The notes below the pieces were generated by a model, which did not search any database, was not told the DNA's origin, and saw only the letters and a list, made by a program, of their open reading frames with translations. A program made the position numbers and the translations under genes. A stretch of 59,623 bases of DNA, the filler included, from Dimargaris cristalligena (taxonomy: Eukaryota), in assembly GCA_003614675.1 (NCBI GenBank). It is 5 parts of 5 records of this genome, joined end to end, with 100 filler letters (N's around TTAATTAATTAA, not from the genome) between each part and the next. Parts side by side here need not be neighbours in the genome. Positions count along the whole stretch, not along the records: positions 11,979 to 23,822 come from ML003078.1; positions 23,923 to 35,764 come from ML003079.1; 3 more parts are not named here. One strand, written 5' to 3'. The first letter of the stretch is position 1. The number at the start of each line of letters is the position of its first letter. Positions 12,954 to 24,597 of the stretch are shown one piece after another.

Positions 12954-14324
12954 CTATACTAGTTCCTCGGGGGCTTTAAGATGACTGCTCAATAGCTTGT
13001 TCATTTGAAACATACTCACTCGCGGCACTTTGAACACGTTGGTCAATTTCTCGTCGCAGAGAATATACCGGCGGTCTGCTTCGTCCTGCAGGTTATTTGC
13101 CTTAATATGGGCCCAGATACCCTTGACAATTTCCGGACGGGAAGCCTAAAGAGTAAGAATAAGTAGAGGTACGGGAGCACGAGAGAAAAGAGTGTTAGAA
13201 AGCACGGGATGAATACCGGTATTATAAGTAGAAACTAAGCAGTTAGACATTTTGGAAGACATAGACGCGAGAAAGGCAACGCCTTCCCAAGCAATGACCA
13301 GATGGTTTCAATTCAAACCAGCTGCACCGACTATATATATATATATATATTCACAAATAGTCATAGACCGGCTCTGTGGATAAGAATACATACCTTTTCG
13401 GTGCCCACGACTTCCGACAGCTCTGATGATACGAGCAGCGGACGGTTGAAGTTGTTATTAGGAGCCGCCCGCTTGGGTTTAGTTTCGCCGTCCTTGGTTT
13501 CTTTCTTAGCCTTCTTCTTGGTTTTATCGGTAGCTTTCCGCTTGGTTCCCCGGGTGGCTTTAGTTTCGGTCTTGCGCCCCCTCCGAGCTGGGGCTTCGTC
13601 CTCCAGTTCACTGTAGTCATCTTCATCCTCAGCTTTAACAGATGTGGCACTGGATTCAACATTGGGGGCAGTCGAATTAGAGGCCGACGGGGAAAGATCT
13701 TCATCGAAGAGGGACTCTAGTCTTTGGGAGGTGGATTTCGGAATGAAAATATCCGTATCAGTCACCTTAGGCTTCTTAGCCATCGGTGTAGGCAGGGCCA
13801 AGTCGGGAAGCGATGGAGAAGGGGGAGAAGGGACGGGGGCCGGTGCCGAAGCTAGCTGGGCTTCGTAGCACTGGATTATAAGTGCATCGAGGTCAGCTTT
13901 AAGGGAAGAGAAATCAAGTCCCTGCTCCTTCTCCAGCTGTTTGCGGACTTTACGGGCAGTTATGGAATTGAGATCGGAGGCCTGGAGAATGGCTAGTGGT
14001 GGTCATGGTTGAATAAGCCGGCGAATCAATGGCGACATGGGTTGGTAATGGGAAGGAGAGGGGGTAAGAAGCCGAAGAATAAGAAGAAAAAAACGCCACT
14101 CACCCATAGTCAGAGGCATGTGGAAAAAAACACAGGTTAATATATTTCCACAGTCCGTTTTTAAAGCAATTCAATCACATTGTGCATTGGTGAATTGAAT
14201 ACGAGCCAGAGGAGGCCCCCTAAGAGGGTCTGGGGGAATACAGACTACAGGCAATTGGCGAAGCAAGTTGCAGGAGCGACTTACCATTGATTCGGGGTTT
14301 CAATTGGGCGAGGTCGAAAGACAT
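12954..14324 (-). CDS. DEK_C + SWIB/MDM2 domain protein (Uaf30/Tri1/Spp27-like); exons 14324-14285, 13992-13394, 13145-12954
   Basis: Spliced N-terminus MSFDLAQLKPRINAILQASDLNSITARKVRKQLEKEQGLD (DEK_C), a Lys-rich linker, then the SWIB domain FNRPLLVSSELSEVVG...SRPEIVKGIWAHIKANNLQD...ILCDEKL...SMFQMNKLLSSHL. Confidence 0.9.
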
Positions 14325-14720
14325 GGTAGGCAACTGTTGAGGTGGTTCGTAGGAGGATAGCACAATATTAATAATAGAAGGATAGTTGGAGTCAAGGTTA
14401 AAGACGGAGAAAGGAGAGGAGAGAAAAGGAAAATATTATAAAAGGAATGGAGTTGAGTGACTGGGCGACTGCTCTGGAACAAAGGAGGTTTTGGCCATTC
14501 CATAGTGGCGACCAACCCTCTTCCTTGATTCCAAGGAAGCAGTGGGAAGCGAATTCGTTAGGAGCGCACTACTGTAGGTCAGCCTGGCCCAGTCGCCAAC
14601 AGAGCCCCACCGCCCAAGCCCTTACCCGTGTGTTTAGTATATTGCACTTTATCTTTTCTCTTCTCTTCTCTTCTCTCCATTCCCATTTCCCTTTCGCCCA
14701 TCTCGTTTCATCCCCCACCC

Positions 14721-16163
14721 ATGACCCTTCGTTGCTCACTCACCGTAGCCCTGGTGGCCCTGCTCTCCTTGGCCGGGAACCCCCTCCAGCCTCACCTAGC
14801 CGAGGCCGCCATGTATGGCAAGTCATCCAAGGTCATCCAGCTCAATACCAACAACTTCCGCCAGGAAGTTATCGAGGCCCCCTACCCCGTGCTCGTGGAA
14901 TTCTACGCCCCCTGGTGCGGCCATTGTCAGAGCCTCGCCCCCAAGTACGACAAGGCCGCCAAGGAACTATATGGCCTAGCCAAGGTCGGCGCCGTGGACT
15001 GTGACGAGGATGCCAACCGGCCACTGTGTGCCCAGTACAAAGTCGAAGGCTTCCCGACCATCAAAGCGTTCCCTTGGAAGGCTCGCATTGATAAGAAGAA
15101 TCCCAAAAAGAAGACCAAAACCCCCCAGGATTATAACCAGGCCCGCACCGCTAAAGCCCTCTACGATTTCGCCATGGCCCAAGTACCCACCTTGACCGTC
15201 ACCGTCAAGGATAAGCCACCCTCTTCCGGCAACGTCATGTCCAAGGGTGGCCAGCTCATGTTAAGCGACTTGGCCGGCTTTTTAGAACACCGCCCCGGTA
15301 CCCCCAAGGTGCTTCTTTTCACCCAGAAGGATGAAGTAGCCCCCCTATACCGGGGACTCGCCATGGCCTACCACGACCGCTTAATGCTGGGCTGGGTTTC
15401 ATCCAAGAATACGGACGTCCAGAAACAGTTTGGTATCACTAAATTCCCCACTCTGCTGGTGCTCCCCGACGGCCAAATCGACAACACCGTGGTATACGAC
15501 GGCAAAATTAGTCTAGACAACCTCAAGGCCTTTTTAAAGCCCTATGCTAGCAAATCCGGTAAAAGCAAGCGCTCCGATGACGAGGCAAGTAAGAAGGAGA
15601 AGAGCCCCGAGAACGACGAAGCCAGCCCCGCCGAATCCCCGATGGAGGAGGGCTCACCCGTCCCCGAATTCGACCCCCAGGTGCCCGAGCTGCGCAACCA
15701 AGAGGACCTCGAGAAATACTGTCTCCAGCGTACCAATGGCATTTGCCTGATGGCTCTCTTGTCGTACGAGCCAGACGTAACTTCCAGCCAAACCCATCAG
15801 ACCGAAAACATCGCCATTCTCGAAACTGTCAACCGGGCCCTCAACCAACCATCGTCGACTGACCCCGATGCCCTACCTGCTATCCGCTCCCATATTAGCT
15901 GGGTCAATGCGGCCACTTCTGCTGCCGGCCAGCTTAAAATGGACTGCCGACTGTCCGACAGCTACCCCGGACTGGTACTCCTCCATCCGCACAAAAAGCG
16001 CTACCGCCCCTATATTGGCGCCTTTGATACCGCCGATATTGTGGCGTTTGTCAAGGAGACCCTTAGCGGTCGTGGTGGCGTCCTCAAGATGGATTTTGAA
16101 CCAACTATTGTAGAGCCCCGGAAGCAGGTTAAGAAGCAACCAGGCACCCACGAAGAACTGTAA
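14721..16163 (+). CDS. ER protein disulfide isomerase family member (Mpd1/PrpA/PDIA6-like, single active thioredoxin domain)
   Basis: Signal peptide MTLRCSLTVALVALLSLAG, active site EFYAPWCGHC, and C-terminal ER-retention signal HEEL. The ORF-track start at 14628 is a GTG and unlikely. Confidence 0.9.
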   Translation: MTLRCSLTVALVALLSLAGNPLQPHLAEAAMYGKSSKVIQLNTNNFRQEVIEAPYPVLVEFYAPWCGHCQSLAPKYDKAAKELYGLAKVGAVDCDEDANRPLCAQYKVEGFPTIKAFPWKARIDKKNPKKKTKTPQDYNQARTAKALYDFAMAQVPTLTVTVKDKPPSSGNVMSKGGQLMLSDLAGFLEHRPGTPKVLLFTQKDEVAPLYRGLAMAYHDRLMLGWVSSKNTDVQKQFGITKFPTLLVLPDGQIDNTVVYDGKISLDNLKAFLKPYASKSGKSKRSDDEASKKEKSPENDEASPAESPMEEGSPVPEFDPQVPELRNQEDLEKYCLQRTNGICLMALLSYEPDVTSSQTHQTENIAILETVNRALNQPSSTDPDALPAIRSHISWVNAATSAAGQLKMDCRLSDSYPGLVLLHPHKKRYRPYIGAFDTADIVAFVKETLSGRGGVLKMDFEPTIVEPRKQVKKQPGTHEEL

Positions 16164-17071
16164 AAATGGGTAGGTTGCCCAAATACAGCTAAAAATGGAG
16201 TCTCTGGCATCACCCCTTGACCGCAATCACCTGTCCAGCCATCGTAAATAAATGATCGAAATTGACATGATCGGTATTGTAAATTGAGCTTTGAAGGGGT
16301 ATTTGATTGGCTGTTGGACAATACGTTTAATGCATTTACACGTATGAGCCATACCAGCCATTGCGTATAAATTTTTAAGCTGGCAAGAGTTGATTGGCTA
16401 CATGGATTTGAAGGTAATCATAGATATCCATGATGAGTACCCTCAATAGTGAATAATTTTGGCAGGATCTATGTAGCCGATGGGGTGGAACAATCTTAAA
16501 TGGAAAGGTATTGCCTGTTAAACGGTTAACGCAAGGGTGTCAGATCTCACAATCGAAGTGAGACATAGTGGTAGCAGTGTTCTGGATGAGCTACTCGCTG
16601 ATGGTGATCGCAGGCAGCTCTAGGTCCATTTCGGCTACTAACGGAGTCTTTTAAACCGACCATAATATTTCCGACCCTGGGCACTACGAAGCAGTTGGCC
16701 AAGGCTGAATCACTCTCAAATGCTTTAATACTAATATAGACCAATTTGTTCCCCGGCTCCTTTATTTTTCTACCATATGATTTACACCAGCGATTAAATT
16801 TCAAGAATCTTCGGAAAAGTTGACAGCTGCTATATAGTGGGTATGAGTTTATCACAAGACATTAGTTGTATTTACACTGGGCGTATTGTCTTTACGAGTG
16901 CAGTTCTAATACCATTACAGTTTTATTTCATAAAAATATTAAAAATAGGGAGGAGAGCGTATCTTCCCAGCCGAGAAGGGGGAATTTAAGAGAGGGGAGT
17001 AGGGGTACATTGTGTGGAGCCCAGTCGGAAATTGCCATACCCCTCTCTCTACTGGTGAATGGTATAGTATA

Positions 17072-17924
17072 TTAGATTTCATGTTCGGCCAACAGCATGT
17101 TTGGTATGCCATCCTTGATGGGGTAGCTATGTCCACAGCCTCGGCAGACCATTTTGCCCTGAGCTACATTGGTCTATGACCGAAAAATAAGATTAGGTGC
17201 CCATAAATAATTATCAAGAAATAAAATAGTTAATAAAACGATCCAGTGATGGAAGTAGACTAGGCACTCAAATATTCGCACATACTATTGACCAGGCCAG
17301 GGCTGTCTATATAGCCATACCCATGCCACGATACTATATTATGTCCAACAATTTACCTCAAGCAAGATTTCATGCAAGCGCTTCATCAAAGCGGGGTCGT
17401 TTTTAACGACATCGGGCTTAGTAGGGGGAAGGCCGGTTATACCCAACTAGTAATTGTCAGAAACAAATTCAGTGAGCGGCGCAGGGATGGATAAATCGGC
17501 GGCGAATAAATACATCGGGCAGTGGGGGGGGGGCAACATAATAAGAAAGGTCAGTTATTCAAGGTTGCGAGTAGTGCTGAGATCGGTTTAGACGGTTATC
17601 TTATTATCCCGCCCGCTACTGCAATCCCCTGCTAATAAAATTTGGACTTGATTAGCCAAGCTAGTGTATTTATTTTACCGACAGAACCGATGAAAACATG
17701 GGGAGATGGGGAGCCAATTTTCCGCATGATACACTTACCTCGGAAGTCGTTTGGACCAGAGCGGGCCAATCGATTTTACCCACTAGGTTAAGAAGGAGTG
17801 CCTCATTTTCTTCGGCTTCGATTTGTTCGAGTTCAACCTCCTGGAACTGGAGGGGGAAGTTAAGTGCTGGATCGTTGCAGCTCTTGACGTGGCATTGTAA
17901 CATGTTATGGGTGAGAAGACGCAT
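17072..17924 (-). CDS. TRM112: Methyltransferase activator subunit Trm112; exons 17924-17739, 17446-17357, 17173-17072
   Basis: MRLLTHNMLQCHVKSC...FPL...IDWPALV|LGITGLP...LHEILLE|TNVAQGKMVCRGCGHSYPIKDGIPNMLLAEHEI*, with canonical introns. Confidence 0.95.
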
Positions 17925-19099
17925 GATTGAAATGAGGCCTAGGAAGGGAATGCCACGATACAGTTGACTAATAAATATGGTTTAATGAATCAAAACAAAA
18001 CAGGAAATGTAATGTAAAAGGGCGAAATATAAAAAATATAATAAAGCGCTTCAGGTCATTGGAAGACTATGGCGTGTATTGGCGACCATTCTTCGTTTGT
18101 CGAAGCCCAACACACCGATATTATTTTGGCGCCAAATTATCCTTTCGAAAACCCAACCAATATCAATAATTCACCACTTTTATTGCTAGAGGCTATTGTG
18201 TAACCTAATATTTAGGGGGGTATTCATGATTTTTGATAGCTCGATTAATGTCACGTGTTCGATACGATAGTGCGGCTATAGGTGGAGGTCGTTTCAATAT
18301 TTGTCCACTTGTTGGTGACAGGTAAAATCTACCAAACATTAAGAGTTTTACTTCAGTAAACTAATGCCGTCAAGGTGGTTAACCTCGAGTGCAATCCCGA
18401 ATTAACCTGACAATAGTTAACAAATGAAAAAATACACTACAATAACCATAAAATATTTAAGAGAGGTTCAGTCTTGTTGAAAAACGAAAAATCCAATTGA
18501 CGAGACAAGCATTACTGGCCAAACCATATACTGCACGTCTTTATTAATGTATACATACTTATTAAAGTGTTATAAGGTGGGGTCGGATTTCGCCCAAATA
18601 ATATTTTCGTGGTTAATAATGCAAGTAACCACTAGAGTATCTACATCTAGAATGAGTCACAGGAATTAACATTCGGGCAGATGATGCGAAGGGCGCTTAG
18701 TAGATCACAAATAAGGCAGCTATTGATGGATTGGGTTAACTAATAAAAGAGGGTGTAGAATAAACACAAATTAACTAACAAATCAACTATAGGAATTGGC
18801 TCGGCTTTATATAGCCTTGCGAACTAATGATAAAGACGTTGAACCAGCGCAGAACATGCTAGAAGACGCTAGTCGAAGGTATAATGAATATGGAATGTAG
18901 AATATATGAATCAGGCGGCGGGAATGGTTGAAGTAATGTGGCGCTTTAACAAGGTGGAATTCCAGTACCTAGTCCTCAAAGCCCAGTCGGTTGGTAATAC
19001 TGCTGATCGCTAAGTACGAAAATGTGGCCAAGGAAAGTAAGGAGTTGGGAGTGAGGACATACCGTATTCGGGACGGGTTCAAAACATCACATTAAAGAG

Positions 19100-19782
19100 T
19101 TAGCGTTTCCATTTCCAAATCATATTACTATTTGCCCGACCGACAACCATCAGTTCGAGACCCATTCTCTTCCACAGAGTTTGGTGGCGACCAAAGTCTA
19201 AGTAGCCCTGGAACAAACTGACGTCCTCTGGGGGAATAACGAACAAATCTGCTTTTGAATTAAGTTGGCAGACAAGAACCAGAAGGGCTTGTAGTTGAAA
19301 GGCAAAATCTAGTTCATCGATAACCAATTGCTGTGATTGACCCAATTTAAGGCAGATGAGATGGGTGACGCAATCATGGGGATATATTACATCTTGTATA
19401 TTAAGGAGTCCGACCGTACCAGGTCGGAAATCGCAGTAGCCCGTGAAACCCCCGGTGATATTTTTGTAAATCGCGGGATTGTAGGACGTTCCCAACCAAC
19501 AGCATTTCAAGGCATCGGTTGTCTTGTCCTTGCCATAGAGGGCATCTTCGGGTATTCAGTCGAAATTATGACAGGAAATATAGATCAGAAGAGGCATACA
19601 AGTTTGAACACAATTAAATAATTATGTTACATCCGTACTACGTAGCGGCAAAATGTACAATATCTAAAACACATCAATGAAAATGACGGCTGGGTATATG
19701 GCCAATACCAATAAGTAGCTTACTTACCTGAGTCATCCTCTGGCGCCTGGGGGTTGGTATGCTCAAACCAACAACCGCTCAT
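19100..19782 (-). CDS. Hypothetical small protein (putative exons 19782-19728, 19545-19420, 19308-19100)
   Basis: A strong CAG|GTAAGT donor at 19727 and frame-compatible acceptors give MSGCWFEHTNPQAPEDDSDALYGKDKTTDALKCCWLG.... No family recognised; 3' structure uncertain. Confidence 0.35.
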
Positions 19783-20149
19783 TTGGATTGACCTGGTGGT
19801 TGCTTGTACTGAAAGCGGCCGAAAATACTATACTGAAACACTGGTGAAATGTCACTAAAATGTAACTGGCGAGACTGTAGATCAATAAATTCGGATCCGA
19901 AGGTATGGGGAGAATATAAAGTAGCTGAAATACAAAAAACAGATAAGGTAAAGAGTCGGCATTCGAAAGAAGCGGTGTGGGGAGAATGAGCTTAGCATAG
20001 TGTACACTGGAGCAGGGCTAGCTGGATACGGCGCCATATTTATACCAGCATATTATGGCGGGTCAAGTTATATTTCAGTGTTCTTTTTATTTTTTAGTAT
20101 CACTACATTTCCCATGTAACCAGGGTGTTCACAGGATCCTTCCAAGGTA

Positions 20150-21830
20150 TCCTTGTGGTGGACACCTAGTTTAATGGCAAACTAGAAAAACTAATAATGG
20201 GTTTAGCCTATTTAGGAAGTGTATAGTTATATGCCTTTGTTAGGCATCCCCACGCAAGGACTTCTACGTGTGATAGTCAAGAGCACCTGCCAATGGGTGT
20301 GGAATATTGGACCAGATATGTTTTCCATAATCTCCTTCAGAAGTCTCTTTGCTTCAAACTATTGTTTAGTCACAATATTCGAAGTTTTTTAGAACTCCTT
20401 GAATTGGATCAGGAGTTCAGCGATTAAAGCATCCTACTCGGTGAGAATGTACATCTTTCATTCAGCAATGTGATTTACGGGGTATTCCTGACTAGGTACT
20501 GGTGGGTAAAAGTGGCAATATTATATCAACATGACTGCCTCCGAGGGTTTGATTTAGCTGTGCACCTGATACAAATAAACCCTACAGTACAATGAAACTG
20601 ACCAGTGTTGGCATAATTTGTGTAATTTGATTCAACAATGCCAGACTAGGGGCTACAAATAGTGTTTTGGGATATTTCACAGACACTGGTCCATTGCTAC
20701 AGGAGATTGTGTCATTTAGATAGCAAAAGATCCACTACAGTTGGACGAGCCAGTACCCGCATGCAATTTGGCCTAGTTATTTAATTTGGCCTAGTCATTT
20801 AGTTTACCACACCTATTTCGAGGGTTCTGGGGTCTTCCAATGGAATGACATGACCCATATCTTAAGGCATGGCCCAAATAGGCCTTCAAGTTCTATTATG
20901 TCTAGAAAAAGTATGCAAAGGAGGTACTTTCATCATGGGATATATGGTATGTTATAAGCTCATGGTCAGAACAGTAGGGGTTAATAATATATAGCAGGCC
21001 GGAAAAGTTTAAAATGAAAATAATAGGGCTGGTTTGTGAATAGTGAAGAAATATTGAGCAGTGTGTTGCCTTACCTATCTAACCTTAATACAACCCGGTT
21101 TGATTCATAGCTATATTAGGCCTTATTTTGCCATATTAGCTTTATGGTAGCTACCTCCAATACGACTGGGTCATCATATATTCTTATATAACCTTTTCTA
21201 CCTAGACCACCCTTACTACTAATCACTCATGTACTAATCTATAGTCTCTTCCAGCTACTATCAGATTCTTCTGGATTCCATTAGCTATCTATACAGTCTA
21301 TCTACCTATCCCCTTAGTCAATTGTATTTCCTTTATGGCATTTCTATTGGAGGTATCCCTATGTATATATAAGAGGACCCCATTAGGATGTATTAGTAGT
21401 ACCTTAGCTTATTTGTACCCTTTGTTTTTATAATAACTATTATATATGCTTACCCCCTTATATGGACCAGTAGGTATGTACTGCCACATGTTCCTTTCAT
21501 ATCTCCTATGTTATTTCTTTATTAGGCAGTCTCCCTCCTTCATGCCTAATGCCAGTATCATCCTGGCTGAGCCTAAGCCAGCCCTACTATTAGAGGCCTG
21601 TCCTTAGGAAACTTGGTAAATGAAGAGTGGTTAATCTGTTTGACAGTGGGGGGGTCTATCCCCTGGAAATGTCATATTGAAGGTGCAGACAGTAGAAAAG
21701 GGGGATATTGCTTGCTAGATAGTATTTGGATAGTTCTATTTGAAGACAGATATATAGCTAGACTGAATTACAATCTTAATGGTCACATACAGCTTGAAAT
21801 AATATGTATATAAGATATTAGGCAGGGTAT
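20150..21830 (-). mobile_element. Highly degenerate transposon relic(s), possibly Mutator/MULE-like in the 20150-21000 part
   Basis: A stop-riddled minus frame contains CSGSF...(S)CSN...IPKHY...LCQHW...GMPNKG, reminiscent of the SWIM finger and C-terminus of fungal MULE transposases. The 21165-21830 part is TpA-rich and CpG-free. Confidence 0.35.
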
Positions 21831-22847
21831 TCGTTTTCAATCAGTAACATTTGCCTTGTCCAATCGGTTTTGCATTATACAGCGTAGTGGAACCTCGCCC
21901 ATTTATTCCAACAGGTATGGTAACTAATAGGCTCGTGGGGGAGGTAAAATAACCACTCAGCCAACCCCAGTCAATGGCGACCAATAATGGGTTATTATGG
22001 CGTGCTTATTCTCCATCTATAGTGGCTAATGGATATATCAGCAACTTAAGGCGCGGCGATCCCACTTTATTGACATTAATCGGAATCTTGAAGCCAATGT
22101 ATCTGGCGGCCATTGAGTCTGAGGCTTGAATCCTTTTATCACGCCTGCAGCCCAGCGACATGTGGCCCCGCTTATCGGCATCATTTAGGATCGAACTTTA
22201 ACAATTCGGCATTATTATATGGCACTGGTTTCACCTGGTCTTTCCCGGCCAATTTTAGTTATCCCTATATGTCACACACCTACCTACCTACTATTAGTCT
22301 ACGCTGACAGACAACACCCCTGCCTTTTTATTACTACGTCCCATTAATGAGTATTTTTGCTCGTCCTCTCGAGGACAATCCCCTCAGTGTGTACTGCTGA
22401 TACCATTAGGGTCTTTCATTGCGTACCTGCCCCGCCTTAATCTTAATGAGCGAACCACGACACTGATTGAGTAAGCCGCGCCAGTCACGCGGGGCCCCCT
22501 TCCCTGCGCCTGCCTTATATTTGGCAGTCCCCCGCCCCCTCCTTTCTTCCTATTTCTTCTGGTTCGTCTAAATTATCCTGGCCCTTATTTATTCTATCCT
22601 TAAACATTTTCTCAGTCCCCCAGCCCGCCCCATCTCCTGCTTCCAAAGCATTTGCCCAATTCCATCTACCTCTCTTACTTGTACTTCACTCTATTCAAAA
22701 ACCCCTGATAACACGCCCAACTGCCCTTGACACCCACTACTACCCCACATCGCCTCGTTTCCTCATTTCGAGCCGCGTTACCCCCACCCCAAAACTCCCG
22801 CGGTCTGGCCTATACCACCCACTCACCCGTGCCTACTACTACCTACC

Positions 22848-23822
22848 ATGACTATTTTCAATCGCACCAACCCGGAAATCGCCCGTTTCCTGGAGGCCAA
22901 GCGCATCAACGACCTATTGACTGCCCAGTCCAACCGGCCGCCCGTGGTCGACGCCCAAGATAAGACCCCCATCGAAGAGGTGCTGCAATTACTTAACCAG
23001 CATGACTACCAGGCGCTCCCCGTGTACCGCCTGACCGCCGCTGGCGCTAAAGAGTACATTGGTATTGTGAGCACCCGCGACCTTCTGAACCTGCTTATAT
23101 TCGAGGTAAGCTTACTGACCTTTAGTCGCACATATCCGTCCATCACCTCTCCCTATATAACCGCAGACATCATACAACGTTGGGCCCATTTCGATTCCCT
23201 TTGAATTCACCGAATCCTTTACCCCCCTTGTTATACCAAACTGAGGGGGTTTTTTTTTGCTTAATGCTCACACTGACTGAATATGCCTTACGGTTTCTCC
23301 TATGAATCGATACCGCTATAATTATTTTTTATGAATAGACGGATAAAGTGCCCAGCGACTCGCAAATCCGAACCCCCTCCTCGTCCCCTACCCACTCCAG
23401 CCCCGACTACGAACGGCAGCTGCGGTGGAAACACTTGCTTCAACTTCCCATAGCCGACGCACTTATCCGCGAACCCCAGGCCTGCCAGGTGTTTAAATCG
23501 ACGGACCCCTTGGCCTTTTTACTCCGGTACTTCGCCCAGGGTGGGCACTACCGGGCCATTGTCCACGTGCATAATAATACCCCGAAAGGAGCAACGTCCT
23601 CCTTCCCTTCTGACGAAGCCGCCGGTTCCCCCCCATCATCGGCTGACCACTCTTCGTTGCCTCCGGGCGAGACCCAGTTCGTGTCTCAGTCGGACCTGGT
23701 GCGCTACCTCTGGCACGACCATGCCGAATTCCCCACCCTGATGGACCAGCCCTTGCCCAAAGTGATTAACCAGCTCAAAGGGGGTCCGGCGGCCCAGCTG
23801 TGCACCGTGCCCATGACCATGA
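22848..23822 (+). CDS. CBS-domain protein (Sds23/AMPK-gamma-like fold), 3' truncated by contig end; exons 22848-23105 and 23339-23822
   Basis: CBS motifs TPIEEVLQLLNQHDYQALPV...YIGIVSTRDLL and FVSQSDLVRYL. The GAG|GTAAGC...TAG|ACG junction is in frame. Confidence 0.8.
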
Positions 23823-23922
23823 NNNNNNNNNNNNNNNNNNNNNNNNNNNNNNNNNNNNNNNNNNNNTTAATTAATTAANNNNNNNNNNNNNNNNNNNNNN
23901 NNNNNNNNNNNNNNNNNNNNNN
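23823..23922. other. Artificial contig spacer
   Basis: 44N-TTAATTAATTAA-44N. Confidence 0.97.
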
Positions 23923-24184
23923 CGGATGACGAGCCCGGCTGGAAACCCCAGTGCCCGGTCGCTAAGAGAGCGAGTGGATCACTCACGGCCAATTCGATGG
24001 GCTGAGGTAGGGCCGCCTCTTGCATATCCAACGCGTCCGGTCTATGGGACCTTCCCCCGCGACCTCGTTGGGAATTACCGCGACCACGGCCTCGACCTCG
24101 ACCACGAGCCTGGCCCCGGCCTCGTCCCCGACCGCGGGGATTCGGTTCACTTTCAGCTGCCTTGGAAAAAGAGGGGTTTGCCAT
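23923..24184 (-). CDS. N-terminal fragment of an RG/RGG-rich (probably RNA-binding or nucleolar) protein, truncated by contig end
   Basis: MANPSFSK...RGRGRGRGQARGRGRGRGRGNSQRGRGG follows a pyrimidine-rich leader; the frame is open to the gap. Confidence 0.55.
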
Positions 24185-24597
24185 GTGACCGAAGGGATAA
24201 AGGAAGTGGAGAAGTAGGAATTAGAAGAAAAGAATGCAGCAATGAAAGAAGGGCAAGGGAAGACACGGTCAAAGAGGATAATAGAAGAAAAAAGAGGTAG
24301 TTTAATCTATGAACGCTTTTCAAGCTACAATTGGAACCTTGCGAGAAAAGGTCATCGGATTTACTATAGTTTTGTTGCGGCCGAATGTAGAGCATTTTAA
24401 CTCCTATGCATCTCCCTTTATATGTTCACTTCAGCTTGTGCCCTAAACTTAGGTCCACTCCTCTCGTTTAATATACACTCTTATTTATTATAAACACTAG
24501 TTGGTAGGCATTTTCAGCCAAGTAGAATGCTAACAAATGTACTCGACTGCCGCCCTTTAGTGGCTAATTATTGCGACAAAGAAAGTTTATTGATATA

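Noticed and set aside
19720-19830. TACTTACCTG resembling the U1 snRNA 5' end
   Set aside because: No U1 stem-loop I/II motifs or Sm site follow; it is the reverse complement of a CAG|GTAAGTA donor.
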